Shown piece by piece: positions 23,520-37,304 of a stretch of DNA of 64,000 bases. Source of the stretch: Mobula hypostoma (Eukaryota); NCBI RefSeq assembly GCF_963921235.1, contig NC_086097.1, positions 7,316,001 to 7,380,000 on the forward strand, given 5' to 3'. Both the position numbers and the translations under genes were made by a program. Every line of letters starts with the position of its first letter. Within the stretch, counting starts at the first letter, position 1. The notes below the pieces were generated by a model. It had not been told where the DNA came from. It saw only the letters and a list, made by a program, of their open reading frames with translations, and searched no databases.

Positions 23520-26304
23520 AAAGTGAGTGTACTTCAATACAAGAAGCATCAGGAACAAAGGTGATGAACTGAGAGCTTGGATACCTACATGGAATTATGA
23601 TGTAGTGGCCATTACAGAGACTTGGCTGGCACCAGGGCAGGAATGGATTCTCAATATTCCTGGATTTCAGTGCTTTAAAAGGGATAGAGAGGGTGGAAAA
23701 AGGGGAGGAAGGGTGGCATTACTGGCCAGGGATGCTATTACAGCTACAGAAAGGGTGGGTAATGTAGCAGGATCCTCTTTTGAGTCGGTATGGGTGGAAG
23801 TCAGGAACAGGAACGGAGCAGTTACACTATTGGGAGTATTCTATAGGCCCCAAGGTAGCAGCAGAGATAACGAGGAGCAGAATGGGAGGCAGATTTTGGA
23901 AAGGTGCAAAAGTAACAGGGTTGTTATCATGGGTGACTTTAACTTCCCTAATATTGATTGGCACCTGATTAGTTCCAAGGGTTTAGATGGGGCAGAGTTT
24001 GTTAAGTGAGTCCAGGATGGATTCCTGTCACAGTATGTGGACAGTCCAACTAGGGGGAATGCCATACTAGATCTAGTATTAGGTAACGAACCAGGTCAGG
24101 TCACAGATCTCTCAGTCGGTGAGCATCTGGGGGACAGTGACTACCACTCCCTGGCCTTTAGCATTATCATGGAAAAGGATAGAATCAGAGATGACAGGAA
24201 AAATTTTAATTGGGGAAGGGCAAATTATGAGGCTATACGGCTAGAACTTGCGGGTGTGAATTAGGATGATATTTTTGCAGGGAAATGTACGACGGATATG
24301 TGGTCGATGTTTAGAGATCTCTTGCGGGATGTTAGGGATAAATTTGTCCTGGTGAGGAAGATAAAGAATGGTAGGGTGAAGGAACCATGGGTGACAAGTG
24401 AGGTGGAAAATCTAGTCAGGTGGAAGAAGGCAGCATACATGAGGTTTAGGAAGCATGGATCAGATGGGTCTATTGAGGAATATAGGGTAGCAAGAAAGCA
24501 GCTTAAGAAGGGGCTGAGAAGAGCAAAAAGGGGGCATGAGAAGGCCTTGGCAAAGAGGGTAAAGGAAAACCCCAAGGTATTCTTCAATTATGTGAAGAAC
24601 AAAAGAATGACGGGAGTGAAGGTAGAACCGATTAGAGATAAAGGTGGGAAGATGTGCCTGGAGGCTGTGGAAGTGAGCGACGTCCTCAATGAATACTTCT
24701 CTTCGGTAATCACCAATGTGAGGGAACTTGATGATGGTGAGGACAATATGAGTGAGGTTGATGTTCTGGAGCATGTTTATATTAAGGGAGAGGAGGTGTT
24801 GGAGTTATTAAAATACATTAGGATAGATAAGTCCCCGGGACCAAACGGAATATTCCCCAGGCTGCTCCACGAGGCGAGGGAAGAGATGACTGAGCCACTG
24901 GCTAGGATCTTTATGTCTTCGTTGTCCACGGGAATGGTACCAGAGGATTGGAGGGAGGCGAATGTTGTCCCCTTGTTCAAAGCGGATAGTAGGGATAGTC
25001 CGGGTAATTATAGACCAGTGAGCCTTACGTCTGTGGTGGGAAAGCTGTTGGAAAAGATTCTTAGAGGTAGGACTTCTGGGCATTTAGAGAATCATGATCT
25101 GATCAGGAACAGTCAGCATGGCTTTGTGAAGGGAAGATTGTGTCTAACAAGCGTGATAGAGTTCTTTGAGGAGGTGACTAGGCATATAGATGAGGCTAGT
25201 GCAGAGAATATGATCTATATGGATTTTAGCAAGGTATTTGACAAGGTTCCACACGGTAAGCTTATTCAGAAAGTTAGAAGGCATGGGATCCAGGGAAATT
25301 TGGCCAGGTGGATTCAGAATTGGCTTGCCTGCAGAAGGCAGAGGGTCATGGTGAAGGGAGTACATTCGGATTGGAGGGTTGTGGCTAGTGGTGTCCCACA
25401 AGGATCTGTTCTGGGACCTCTACTTTTCATGATTTTTATTAATGACCTGCATGTGGGGGTAGAAGGGTGGGTTGGCAAGTTAGCAGACGACACAAAGGTT
25501 GGTGGTGTTGTATATAGTGTAGAGGATTGTCAAAGATTGCAGGGAGATATTGATAGGTTGCAGAAGTGGGCTGAGAAGTGGCAGATGTTCAACCCGGAGA
25601 AGTGTGAGATGGTACACTTTGGAAGGAGAAATTCAAAGGCAGAGTACAAAGTAAATGGCAGGATACTTAGTGTGGAGGAGCAGCGGGATCTGGGGGTACA
25701 TGTCCACAGATCCCTGAAAGTTGCCTCACAGGTGGATAGGGTAGTTAAGAAAGCTTATGGGGTGTTAGCTTTCACAAGTAGAGGAATAGAGTTTAAGAGT
25801 CGTGAGGTAATGATGCAGCTCTATAAAACTCTGGTTGGACCACACTTGGAGAACTGTGTCCAGTTCTGGTCACCTCACTATAGGAAGGATGTGGAAGCAT
25901 TGGAAAGGGTACAGAGGAGATTCACCAGGATGCTGCCTGGTTTAAAGAGTATGCATTATGATCAGAGATTAAGTTAGCTAGGGCTTTACTCTTTGGAGAG
26001 AAGGAGGATGAGAGGAGACATGATAGAGGTATACAAGATATTATAAGGAATAGATAGAGTGGATAGCCAGCGCCTCTTCCCCAGGGCACCACTGCACAAT
26101 ACAAGAGGACATGGCTTTAAGGTAAGGGGTGGGAAGTTCAAGGAGGATATTAGAGGAAGGTCTTTTACTCAGAGAGTGGTTGGTGCGTGGAATACACTGC
26201 CTGAGTCACTGGTGGAGGCAGATACACTAGTGAAATGGAAGAGACTACTAGACAGGTATATGGAGGAATTTATGGTGCGGGGTTATATGAGAGGCAAGGT
26301 TTGA
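23520..26304 (+). pseudogene. CR1 ORF2: APE endonuclease + reverse transcriptase
   Basis: AITETWL, MGDFN, KSPGPNG, YRPVSLTS, GVPQGSVLGP, LADD. Premature stops near 24007, 24262, 25975 and 26044. Confidence 0.93.
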
Positions 26305-26894
26305 GGGCCAGCACAACAATGTGGGTCGAAGGGCCTGTACTGTGCTGTATCGTTCTATGTTCTATGTTCTATTTTATATAACCAATCTGAGAATATAAGT
26401 TATCTTATGTATTTATATTTTTTTATTATTATTGTGTTCATCATGTTTGTAGTGACAAAACTGAATCAAAATCAAAACAAAACAATTGCCACCAGCCTGT
26501 AACCATCACGGGGTTGTTATACTTGCATGACTCAGCCTCAACTCCAACGTAATGATTGTTCCAAAGTGTCAAATCCTTTATTCATTTCTTTATCAGCAAT
26601 TACCAAACATACAATCTTGAAGCAATGAGCTTAAAGCATACCCAAATGTAAGTTAAACATTATTCAGCGATATTAAGTGGTCAACAAAGACATGACCTCC
26701 GCCAGCACCAAGCCACAAATTGCCACAAATATTTATCTTATTCCTTTCTCTTTTACCACGCAGCCCCCCCCCAACACACTAAATAGACTAGTGACCATAA
26801 TAAACACAGAATACCTGTATCCTACAATATTATCCGTTATTTTGTGCTGCAACGGATCTGGGGACAATAACTCGGTTGTCCTTTACACTTGATT

Positions 26895-29357
26895 CAAAAG
26901 GTGTTGGAGTCTTTTATTAAGGATAAGGTTTCAGTGAACTTGGAGATTAATGATAAAATGAGTCGAAGCCAGCATAGTTTCTGAGAAAGGAAATTTTGCC
27001 CGACAAATCTGTTAGAGTTCTTTGAGGAAGTACCAAGCAGGGTGGACAATGGAGACAAAGATATTACTTTAAACAATCTTGAATCTTGAATCAATCTTGG
27101 GAGGGCACCTGTATAGTTTATATTTATAGACAGGAGCACTCAACTCTGCCAAGTTGCATAGCTGGAATGATTTAAATCCATGTCTTATTAAATTGGAGAG
27201 AAGAGTATTACATTGCCTGAAAATACAAAGAAAATTCCAACACATTCCATGTGGATTGGAAGAGGATACTGGTTGGGATGACAGCAGAGCAGAGGTGGTT
27301 GAAGTTTCTGGGAATATTTCAGAAGACACAGGATAGCTATGTCCCACAGAAGAAGATCTCAACTGACAACCGTGACTGACAAAGGAAGTTAAGAACTGCA
27401 CAAAAGCCAAGGAAAGGACATATTAGATATCAAAATGTGACTAGGAAGTTGGATGACTGGGAAGCTTTTAAAATCCAACAGAAGGCAATTGAAAAAGCTA
27501 TAAGAATGGAAAGGATGAAATATGAGGGCAATCTAGCCAATAACATAAAGCAGGATACTAAACATTTTTTCAGCTATATGATGAGTAAAAAGGAGGTGAG
27601 AGTTGATATTGGACCACTGGAAAGTGATGCTGGTGAGGTAGTATAGGGGGACAAAGAAATGGCAGATGAATTTAATGAGTACTTTGCATCAGTCTTCACT
27701 TGGAAGACACTAGCAGTGTGCCAGAGGTCTATGAGTGTCAGGGAGCAGGAAGGAGTGACATTGCTATTGCAAAGGAGAAGTGCCAGCAAACACAAAGGTC
27801 TTAAGATGGATAAGTCACCTAGAGAGAGGTTGCTGATGAGATAACATGCATTGGTCATGATCTTTCAAGAATCATTTGATTTTGGCATGTTCTCAGAGGA
27901 AAATTGTAAATGTCACCCCACTTTTTAAGAAGGGGGGAAGGCAAAAGAAAGGAAATGATAGGCCAATTAGCTTGCCCTCAGTGGTTGGGATAGCGTTGGA
28001 GTCTATTATCAAGGATGAGGTTTTGGGGAACTTGGAGATTAATGATAAAATAGGTGAAAATCAGCTTGGTTTCTAAGAAGAAAAATCTTGCCTAACAAAT
28101 CTGTTGGAGTTCTTTGAGGAAGTAACAAGCAAGGTGGACAAAAGAGTGGCAGTGGGTGTCATTTACTTGGATTTTTAAAAGGCATTTGATAAGGTGCTAC
28201 ACATGAGGCTGTTTAACAAGATAAAAATCCTGTGGCGTTACAGCAAAGATACTGGCTTAGATAGAGGAATGGCTGACAAACAGGAGGCAACGAGTGAGAA
28301 TAAAGGGAATCTTTTCTGGCTGGCTGCCAGTGACAAGTGGATTTCCTCAGGGGTCAGTATTAGGACTGCTACTTTTCACGTTGTTTGTCAATGCTTTCGA
28401 TAATGGAATTGACAGCATTGTGGCAAAGTTTGCGGATGATACAAAGATAGGTAGTGGGGTAGGTAGTGCTGAGGAAGCAATGAGATTGCAGCAGGACTTA
28501 GACAAATTGGAAGAATGGATAAAATAGTGGCAGATGGAATATAGTGTTGGGGAATGTATGATAATGCATTTTGGTAAAAGGAACAATTGTGCAGACTATT
28601 ATCTAAATGGGGAGAAAAGTCGAACATCAAAAGTGCAGAGGGACTTAGGAGCCCTCGTGCAAGATTCCCAGAAGGTTCATTTACAGGCTGAGCCTGAGGT
28701 AAAGAAAGCAAAAGCAACGTTGGCATTTATTTCAAGGGGAATAGTATATAAAGGCAAAGGAATAATGCTGAGCCTTTATAAGACACTAGATAGGCCACAT
28801 TTGCAGTACTGTTCTCAGTGCTGGGCCATATTTCAGAAAGGATGTGTTGTCATTGGAGAAAGTCCAGAAGAGGTTCATGAGGATGATTCTGGGAATGAAG
28901 GGGTGAAGATATGAGATGCATCAGGCAGCTTTATGCCTGTAGTCACTGGAATTTAGAAGAATACTGGGTGATCTCATAGAAACCTACTGAATTTTTAAAG
29001 GACTAGATAGGGTGGATGTGGAGAGGATGTTTCCTGTGGTGACGGTATCCAGAACTAGAAGGCACTGCCTTAAAGTTGAGGGGTGATCTTTTAGAACAGA
29101 GGTAAGGAGGATTTTTTTTAGCCAGAGAGTAGTGAATCTGTGGAATGCTCTGCTACAGACAGTGTTGGAAGCCAAAACTTTGGATACACTTAAGGAGGAA
29201 GTTGATCGTTTCCTGATCGGTCAGGGTATCGTAGAATATGATGAGGACGCAGGTATTTGGGGTTGAGAGGGATGCAAGAACAGCCATGATGGAGTGGTTG
29301 AGCAGACTCAATGTGCTGAATGGCCTAATTTTGATCATATGTCTTATGGTCTTATGG
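26895..29357 (+). mobile_element. Decayed CR1 ORF2 and 3' UTR
   Basis: NVTPLFKKG, GFPQGSVLG, KFADDTKIG and (TCTTATGG)n tail. A duplicated RT piece sits at 26895-27060. Confidence 0.88.
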
Positions 29358-29839
29358 CATCGGAATAAATGAGTTAAGTCTCAAACAATTCCTCAAAGCT
29401 ATGGAAAAAACACGTCCTTCCTTGGAGATCTTCCCTACCGGGAAAATTCAGCAGAGTTATCACAGTAACATTTTGGTTGCTTTCCAAGATCCATGTTCCC
29501 TCTCATGTAGATTTATCACTGTTATTTTCATCATCAACACCGCCAGGAGCTATATCCCAGAGCTCCATACCTAGTGCATAGCACACAAAATGCAGCATCT
29601 ATGAAAACGAATAAATTCTTTGTTCACCAGTACCTATTCGGAAAGAATCACCAGCACACAAACTGTAGGAAGAGAAAGGCTATCAGTGTTTAAGCTTTGA
29701 GACGCTTTGTCTGACCAGCATTTTCTGTTTTATTTTCTATTTCTGGCATCTGCGTTATTTTTGTCTTTCACTTGTTTTTGTTTCGTTCCAATAAAATTTC
29801 AGGGGTTTGACAATCTAATTGTCTGTCCCTCCACAGATA

Positions 29840-32800
29840 CCATAAGACCATAAGATATAGGAACAGAATTCGGCCATTTGGTCCAGTGAGACTGCTATAC
29901 CATTTTATCATGATTGATCCAATTTTCTTCTCAGCCCCATATTCCTGCCTTTTCTATGTATCCCTTCATACCCTGACCGATCAAGAATGTATCACCTTTT
30001 GCCTTAAATATACGAAAGACTTGGCCTCCACAGCTGCCTGTGGCAAAGAATTCCACAGTTTCTCCACCCTCTTGCTAAAGAAATTTTTCCTCATCTCTGT
30101 ACTAAAAGGACGCCCCTCTATTCTGAGACTGTGTCCTCTGGTCTTAGACTCTCCCACCATGGCAACCATTCACTGCATATCCAATCAATCAAGACCTTTC
30201 AGCATTTGATAAGTTTCAATCATCTCAGCTGTCATTCCTCTGAATTCTTGCAAATACAGGCCCAGAGCCATCAAACATTCTTCATATGACAAGCCATTCA
30301 ATCCTGGAATCATTCTCTTGAAATTCCTTTGAACCCTCTCCAATTTCAACACATTATTTCTAGGATAAGGGGCCCAAACGTGCTCTGAACACTCCAAGTG
30401 AAGCCTCACCAGTGCTATATAATGCTTAAACATTATATCCCTGCTTTTATATTCCCGTCTTCTTGAAATTAATACTGACATTGCATTTGTCTTCCTCACC
30501 ACAGACTGAACCTGCAAGCTAAAATTTAGGAAATCCTGCACAAGGGCTCACAAGTCCCATTGTGTCTAAGCTTTTTTGTATTTTCTCTCCACTTAGAAAC
30601 GGTCAACCCTTTCATTTCTTTGACCAAAGCACATGACCATACACTTCCTGACAGTGTATTCCATCTGCTATTTCTTTGACCATTTTTCTAATATGTCTAA
30701 GTCCTTCTGTAGCCTCTCTACTTCCTCAGAACTACCTGTCCCTCCACCTATCTTCATATCATTGGCAAACTTTGCAACAAAGCCATCAATTCTATCTTCC
30801 AAATCATTGACATATAACATCAAAAAAATAGGTCCCAACACCGAGCCCTGTGGAACATCACTAGTCACTGGCAGCCAGCTTGAAAATGATCCCTTTGTTC
30901 CCACTTTTTGCCTCTTGCTAATCAGCCACTGTTTCATCCATGCTAGAATCTTTCTTGTAATACCATGGGCTCATAGCTTGTTAAGCAGCTTCATGTGTGA
31001 CACTATGTCAAAGGCCTTCTGCAAATTCAAGTACAGAACATCAACCAATTCTCTTTTGTTTATCCTTCTTGTTATTTATTCATAGATTTCCAACAGCTTT
31101 TTCATGCAAGATAGTCCCTTGAGGAAACCATGCTGACTGTGGCCTGTTTTATTATGTGCTTCCATGTACCCTGACATTGTCCTTAATAATTGTCTCCATC
31201 ATTGTCCCAACCACTGAGGTCAGACTAAATGGCTTATAGTTTCCTTTCTTCTGCCTCACTCCCTTCTTGAAGAGTGGAGTAACATTTGCAATGTTTCACT
31301 CTTCCGGAACCATTCCAGAATCTTCAAAGATCATAACTAATGCCTCCATAATTGCTTCAACTACCTCTTTCAAAACACTGGGGTGTACACCATCTGGTCC
31401 AGGTGACTCGTGCGTGGCCTATCAGCGGCGTCAACAGAGCTCTACCAAGAGGTATTTCTCGCAGGTTGGCGGCGGTTATTTAAAAAGGGAGCTTTGAGGG
31501 CATTTGTCCATTGTTTGGGGCCTATCAGCGGTGTCAACAGAGCTCTAGAACTAAATAAAACTGCAGAAGGGATAAGCAGAGCGGCCATTGTCGGGAGTAG
31601 AACAGTGGTTAGAGTAGAAGCGTCAGGCTTCGGCTCAAATGAGGCTTTGGCTCGGAAGAGGCGTCGGCTCTGTGTAAAGCATCTGTTAAAGTTTCCTTTT
31701 TGTTTTTTTTCCCTCTCCTACTGTACCATTTAAACAGCTGTGGTGCGTTCTTCGTACTTGACGTTGGGGAACTGGGAGATCCAGAGTCTCCCAGGGAACC
31801 ACATCTATGTGAAGTGCATCTGGCTGCATCTCCTTAAAGACCATATTAGTGATCTGGAGCAGCAAATGGATGACCTTCAGCTTGTACAGGAAAGCCAGGA
31901 TATAATTAATCACAGTTACAGGGAAGTAGTCACCCTGAAGTTGCAGGAGGTGAGTCAGGAGAAATGGAAACAGGCAGTTAGAGCAGAGCACCCCTGTGGC
32001 CATTCCCCTCAAAAACAAGTATACCACTTTGAATACTTTTGTGGGGGATGATCTCCTGGGAGAATGCCATGGCGACCGGGTTACAGGCACTGAGCATGGG
32101 TCCGTGGTGCAGAAGGGAAAGAGACAGAAGAAGGGAGCAGTGCTGATAGGGTACACAATAGCGAGGGGAACAGACATGAGAATCTGTGAATGTGAACGGG
32201 ACACCCGGATGGTATGTTGCTTCCCAGGTGCCAGGGTCAGGGATGTCTCAGATGGCATCCGCAACATTTTGGAGAGGGAGGGGAAGCAACCAGATGTTTT
32301 GGTACATATTGGTGCCAATGACATAGAAAGGAAAAGCAACGAGGTCCTGAAAAGGGAAATTAGAGAGCTAGGTAGAAAGCTGAGAAGCACGACCTCCCGG
32401 GTAGTAACTTCTGGATTGCTGCCTGTGCCACTGTCTCGTGGACAGGTTTGTTAGAGCTGTTGGGGAGGGTTAAAAGTAACTTGGCAGTGGGGTGGAAACT
32501 GGAGTGAAGGGACTCAGGATAGGGGAGATGGTAAAAAAGTAAACATAGTGTGCAGTTGGATTGTCAAGAAGGGCAGGCAGCTGATGGGACTTAGTTGCAG
32601 CCGGCAAGCTGAGTATCAAATCATTAGGGATGCAGAATCAGAAAGGATAGCAAATATGGTACTCAAGTTGTTGTATCTAAATGTGCGTAGTGTAAGAAAT
32701 AAGGTGGATGATCTTGTTGCAATATTACAGATTGCCAGGTATGATGTTGTGGCCATCACTGAATCATGGCTGAAGGATGGTTGTAGTTGGGAGCTGAATG

Positions 32801-33800
32801 TCCAAGGTTACACATTATGTTGGAGAGATGGGAAGGTAGGCAGACGGGGTAGTGTGGCTGTACTGGTAAAGAATGGCATCAAATCAGTAGAAAGATGTGA
32901 CAAAGGATCAGAAAATGTTGAATCCTTGTGGGTTGAGTTAAGAAACTGCAAGGGTAAAAGGACCCTGCTGACAGTTATACACAGGCCACCCAACAGTGGT
33001 TGGGAGGTGGACCATAGATTACAACAGGAAATAGAAATAGCGAGTCAAAAGGGCAATGTTATGGCAGTCATGAGAGATTTTAACATGCAGGTCAATTGGG
33101 AGAATCAGGTTGATAATAGATCAAGTTGATAATATGATGCTGTGACTTTATAAGGCACAGGTGAGGCCTCACCTTGAGTATTATGAACAGTTTTGGGACC
33201 CTCATCTTAGAAAATATGTGCTGACATTGGAGAGAGTCTAGAGGAAGTTCACAAGAATGATTCCAGGAAGGAAAGATTATCATAGGAGGAACATTTGATG
33301 GCCCTGGGTCTGTACTCGCTGGAATTCAGAAGGATGAGGAGGGATCTTAATGAAATCTTTTGAATGTCAATAGGCCTAGATGGAGTAGATTTGGAAAGGA
33401 TGTTTCCCATGGTGGGAGAGTCTATGACAAGAGGGCACAACCTCAGGATAGAGGGGCGCCCTTTCAAAACAGAGATGCGGAGAAATTTCTTTCACCAAAG
33501 GGTGGTGATTTTGTGGAATTTGTTGCCACATACAGCTGTGGAGGCCATGTTGTCGGGTGTGTTTAAGACAGAGATTAGTAGGTTTTTGATTGGACATGGC
33601 ATCAAGAGTTATGGGAAGAAGGCCAGGAGCTGGATTTGAGGAAGAGATTGAAAAAAAGGATCAGCCATGATTGAGTGGCAGAGCAGACTCAATGGGCCAG
33701 ATTGTCTTGTGGTCTATTGGACTTATCTACCTTCAGAGCTTTCACTTTCCAATGAACCTTCTCCCTACTAATGGTAACTTCACACCCTTCATGCCCCCTA
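29840..33800 (-). mobile_element. Decayed CR1 host copy (29840-31409, resuming 33720-33800)
   Basis: VPQGSVLGP, KFANDMKIG and an (ACCATAAG)n tail at 29840. The KSPGPD coding sequence is split by an insertion with a GACT duplication. Confidence 0.85.
31410..33719 (+). mobile_element. CR1 with both ends and a large internal deletion
   Basis: 5' UTR with a repeated GGCCTATCAGCGG.GTCAACAGAGCTCTA, then esterase ORF1 and EN (AITESWL). At about 33125 it jumps to the RT C-terminus and 3' UTR. Confidence 0.85.
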
Positions 33801-35209
33801 TCACTTATAACTTCTACTATAATGACAGCGTCTTTCACACGGATACTTTCTGACCTGTTGAATATTTTCAGCCGCATCTGCTTTGTTTTAATTTACCAGC
33901 AGTTGTTTGTTTTTTTCTGATTTTTCACTTACTGATCATTCATTTCTGTTCTCTCTTTGGATTAAATAAAACCATACGACGATAGGATGAGAATTAGGCC
34001 ATATGGCCCATCAGATGTGCTCATCCATTGCATCATGGCTGATTTATTATCCTTCTCAACCCCATTCTCCTGCCTACAACCCATAAACTTGGATGCACTG
34101 ACTAATCAAGAACCTATCAAACTTCTGCTTTAAATATACCCAAAGACCTGGCCTCCACAGCCATCTGTGAAAATGAATTCCACAGATTCACCATTCCCTG
34201 ACTAAAGAAATTCCTTCTCATAAGACATAGGAGCAAAATTAGGCCATTCAGCCCAGCGAGTCTGCTCCACCATTCCATCTTGCCTGATCCCAGATCCCAC
34301 CCAACCCCATACGTATACCTCCTCACCATGTACTTTGATGTTCTGACCAATCAGAAAACTATCAATTTTTGCTTTAAATATGCCCATGGTCTTGGCCTTC
34401 ACTGCAGTCTGTGGCACAACATTCCACAGATTCATTACTCTCTGGGTTAAAAATTCCTCCTTCCTTCCATTCTAAAGGGATGTTCCTCAATTTTGAGGCT
34501 GTGCCCTCTGGTTCTGGATACTCCCACCATAGAAACATCCTCTCCATATCCACCCTATCTAGTCCTTACAGCATTTGGTAGGTTTCTATGAGATCCCCCA
34601 ACATTCTTCTAAATTCCAGTGAGTACAGGCCTAAAGCAGCCAAACTTTCCTCACATGTTAACCCCTTCGTTCCCAGGATCAAGCTCGTGAATCTCCTCAG
34701 GACTCTCACCAGAATCATCCTCATGAACCCCCTATACTCTCTCCAATGACAACACATCCTTTCTGAGATATCGGGCCCAAAACTGTTGACAATATTCCAA
34801 GTGCGGCTTGACTAGTGTCAAGGCTCAGCATGATCTAATTGCTTCTATATTCCATTCCCCTTGAAGTGAATGACAACATTGCATTTGCCTTCTTTACCAC
34901 ACACTCAACCTGTAAATTAACCTTCTGGGAGTTGAGCACAAGGACGTCTGAGTCCCTTTGCACCTCAGATGTTTGAACCTTCTCCCCTTTTGGATAATAG
35001 TCTGCACTGTTGTTCCTTATACCAAAATGCATTATCCTCAGCACTATCTACTCCTCCACCTTTCTTCATATCGTCCGCAAACTTTGCCACAAAGCCATCA
35101 ATTCCATCACCGAAAGCATTGATAAACAATGTGAGAAGTAGCAGACCAAATTCTGACCCCCTGAGGAACACCATTAGTCACTGGCAGCCAACCAGAAAAG
35201 GCTCACTTT

Positions 35210-35657
35210 AATGCTCCTCCTCCCCTTCACACCCCATCCCTTATTTATTTATTTGTTTATTTATTTATTTATTTTATATATATTTCCCCCTTTTTTTCTC
35301 TCTCTCTTTTTTCTCTCTCTGTCCCTCTCACTATAACTCCTTGCCTGCTCTCCACCCACCGGGCTCCCCTCCCCACTTCTCTTTCTCCCCAGGCTTCCTG
35401 TCCCATGATCCTCTCCCTCCTCCAGCTCTTAGATCCACCCCGCCCCTACTGTCTTCTCCTATCATTTCGGATCTCCCCCACCCCTTCCCACTTACAAATC
35501 TCTTACTATCTCTTCTTTCAGTTAGTCCTGATGAAGGGTCTCGGCCTGAAACGTCGACTGTACCTTTTCCTATAGATGCTGCCTGGCCTGATGCGTTCAC
35601 CAGCATTTTTTGTGTCTGTTGCATGAATTTCCAGCATCTGCAGATTTCCTCGTGTCT
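35210..35657 (+). mobile_element. Penelope-derived pLTR insertion within CR1
   Basis: Pyrimidine tract, hammerhead and 3' block; closely similar to the reverse complement of 59838-60246. Confidence 0.85.
35523..35560 (+). ncRNA. Minimal type I hammerhead ribozyme, intact core
   Basis: TAGTC-CTGATGA-AGGGTCTCGGCCT-GAAA-CG-TC/GACTG. Stem I is TAGTC:GACTG, stem II is a hairpin, and palindromic ACGT replaces stem III. Predicted cut after C35555. Confidence 0.8.
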
Positions 35658-36471
35658 GAGTCACTTTATTCTCACTCGTTGCCTCCTGCCTGTTAGCTAT
35701 TCCTCTATCTATTCCAGTATCTTTTCCTGTAACGTGATTGTTAAACAACTTCATATGTGGCACCTTATCAAATGCCTTTTGAAAAAACAAGTAAATGACA
35801 TCCACTGCCTCTCCTTTGTCCACCCTGCTTGTTACTTCCTCAAAGAACTCTAACTGATTTGTCAGGCAAGATTTCTCTTCACAGAAACTATACTAACTTT
35901 GACTTTAATTTATCATTTGTGTTCAAGTACCTCAAAATATCTTTCTTAATAATGGACTCCAAATCTTTCCCATCTCTGTTCTAAATATACATCCGTTTAT
36001 TCTGAGGGTATGTCCCCTGGTCCCAGACTCCTCAGCTATCGGAAGCACCCACTCTATCCTAGGCCTGACTGAAATTGAAGGGAAAGCACTGATAGAGGGA
36101 AAAACAAAATAACAATTGATTCAGGAGGTTGAATTTTTATTTTAAATATTTTAAAGAAGCTCCCATTGCTTTTCTTTATTTGGTCTCATGTTCTGAACTT
36201 TAAAAGAATGTGCACATTGCTGCCAATTTTGGAGTTTACCATCAATCATTTTTTGGCCCCCAGGTTTTTCTTGATGCCTGATGTAATTTCTGAGTTTTGA
36301 TGGACATCTTGGCCAAACTGGGTAAAGACAACAGATTTCATTCCTTGAAAATTACCAGAGGGCATGCATTTAAGGTGTGATGTGTCGGGCAAGTTTTTCA
36401 TTTTGTTTGTTTACTTAGAAACACAGCGTGGAACAGACCCTACCAGCCCAGCAAATCACAGTACCCAGTTA

Positions 36472-36772
36472 TAGGCATCCGTTAGTCTCATGAGACCACG
36501 GATTTGCACCTTGGAAGGTTTCCAGGGCGCAGGCCTGGGCAAGGTTGTGTGGAAGACCAGCAGTTGCCCATGCTGTAAGTCTCCCCTCTCCACGCCACCG
36601 ATGGTGTCCAAGGGAAGGGCACTAGGACCCATACAGCTTGGCACTGGTGTTGTGGCAGAGCAATGTGTGGTTAAGTGCCTTGTTCAAGGACACAACACGC
36701 TGCCTCGGCCAAGGCTCGAACTAGTGACCTTCAGATCACTAGACCGATGCCTTAACCACTTGGCCACACGCC
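36472..36772 (-). mobile_element. tRNA-derived SINE nested in a V-SINE (about 36410-36990)
   Basis: A-box TGGCCAAGTGG, B-box GTTCGAGCC, body GTGTCCTTGAACAAGGCACTTAACC, 3' end GAGACTAACGGATGCC. Confidence 0.75.
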
Positions 36773-37304
36773 AACACTGCCCAGTAAACCACCAATTTAA
36801 CCCGAGCCTAATCATGGGATAATTTACAATGACCAATTAACCTACTGACCGTTACGTCTTTGGACTGTGGGAGAAAAATGGAGCAGCCGGAAGAAACCAA
36901 TGCGCTCACGGTAAGGGCGTACAAAGTTCTTACACAGGGCTTTGGAACGGAGCTCCAATGCCCCAAGCTGTAATAACATTGCACTGGACTATGTTCTATG
37001 TTACGGAACGAGCTTGCTTTTGCTTTACAATAATTCAGTGGTTCCATGGTCACTTTGGCCAATACTCTTCTGTAATTGATTAGCCAGGGTATCAAAGGGT
37101 ATGGGGTGAATGCAGGGGGTGGGGATGACTGGAAGAATTGGATCAGCTCATAATTGAATGGTGAAGCAGACTCAATAGGCCGAATGGCCTACTTCTGCTC
37201 CTATACCTTATGGCCTTAATCATAGATTCATTCAATTCCTTGAGTTTAAATTCCCCAACTGCTGTGGTGCAATCCAAACTCAGGCCTCGAGCTCCATAGG
37301 CTAT

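Larger units (their letters stand above)
22458..26371 (+). mobile_element. Near full-length CR1 LINE
   Basis: ORF1, ORF2, 3' UTR and (TTCTATG)n tail are in order, with only a few stops. Confidence 0.95.
33970..36065 (-). mobile_element. Two nested CR1 3' fragments (inner copy about 34221-35970)
   Basis: KFADDMK and VDVIYL motifs. The outer 3' end breaks at 34220 and resumes at about 35971. Confidence 0.8.

Noticed and set aside
24298..25977. 559-aa RT ORF as an active or domesticated gene
   Set aside because: Part of CR1 ORF2, bounded by premature stops, with LADD in place of the usual FADD/YADD motif.
26498..26800. Possible LTR fragment (TGT start, minus-strand AATAAA)
   Set aside because: No second terminus, TSD or second copy in the window.
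29505..29570. Minus-strand frame MELWDIAPGGVDDENNSDKST* after a TAG acceptor
   Set aside because: Very short, the acceptor region abuts a repeat fragment, and there is no supporting gene structure.
36690..36772. tRNA gene
   Set aside because: A and B boxes run into a SINE body with no complete cloverleaf; it is a SINE head.
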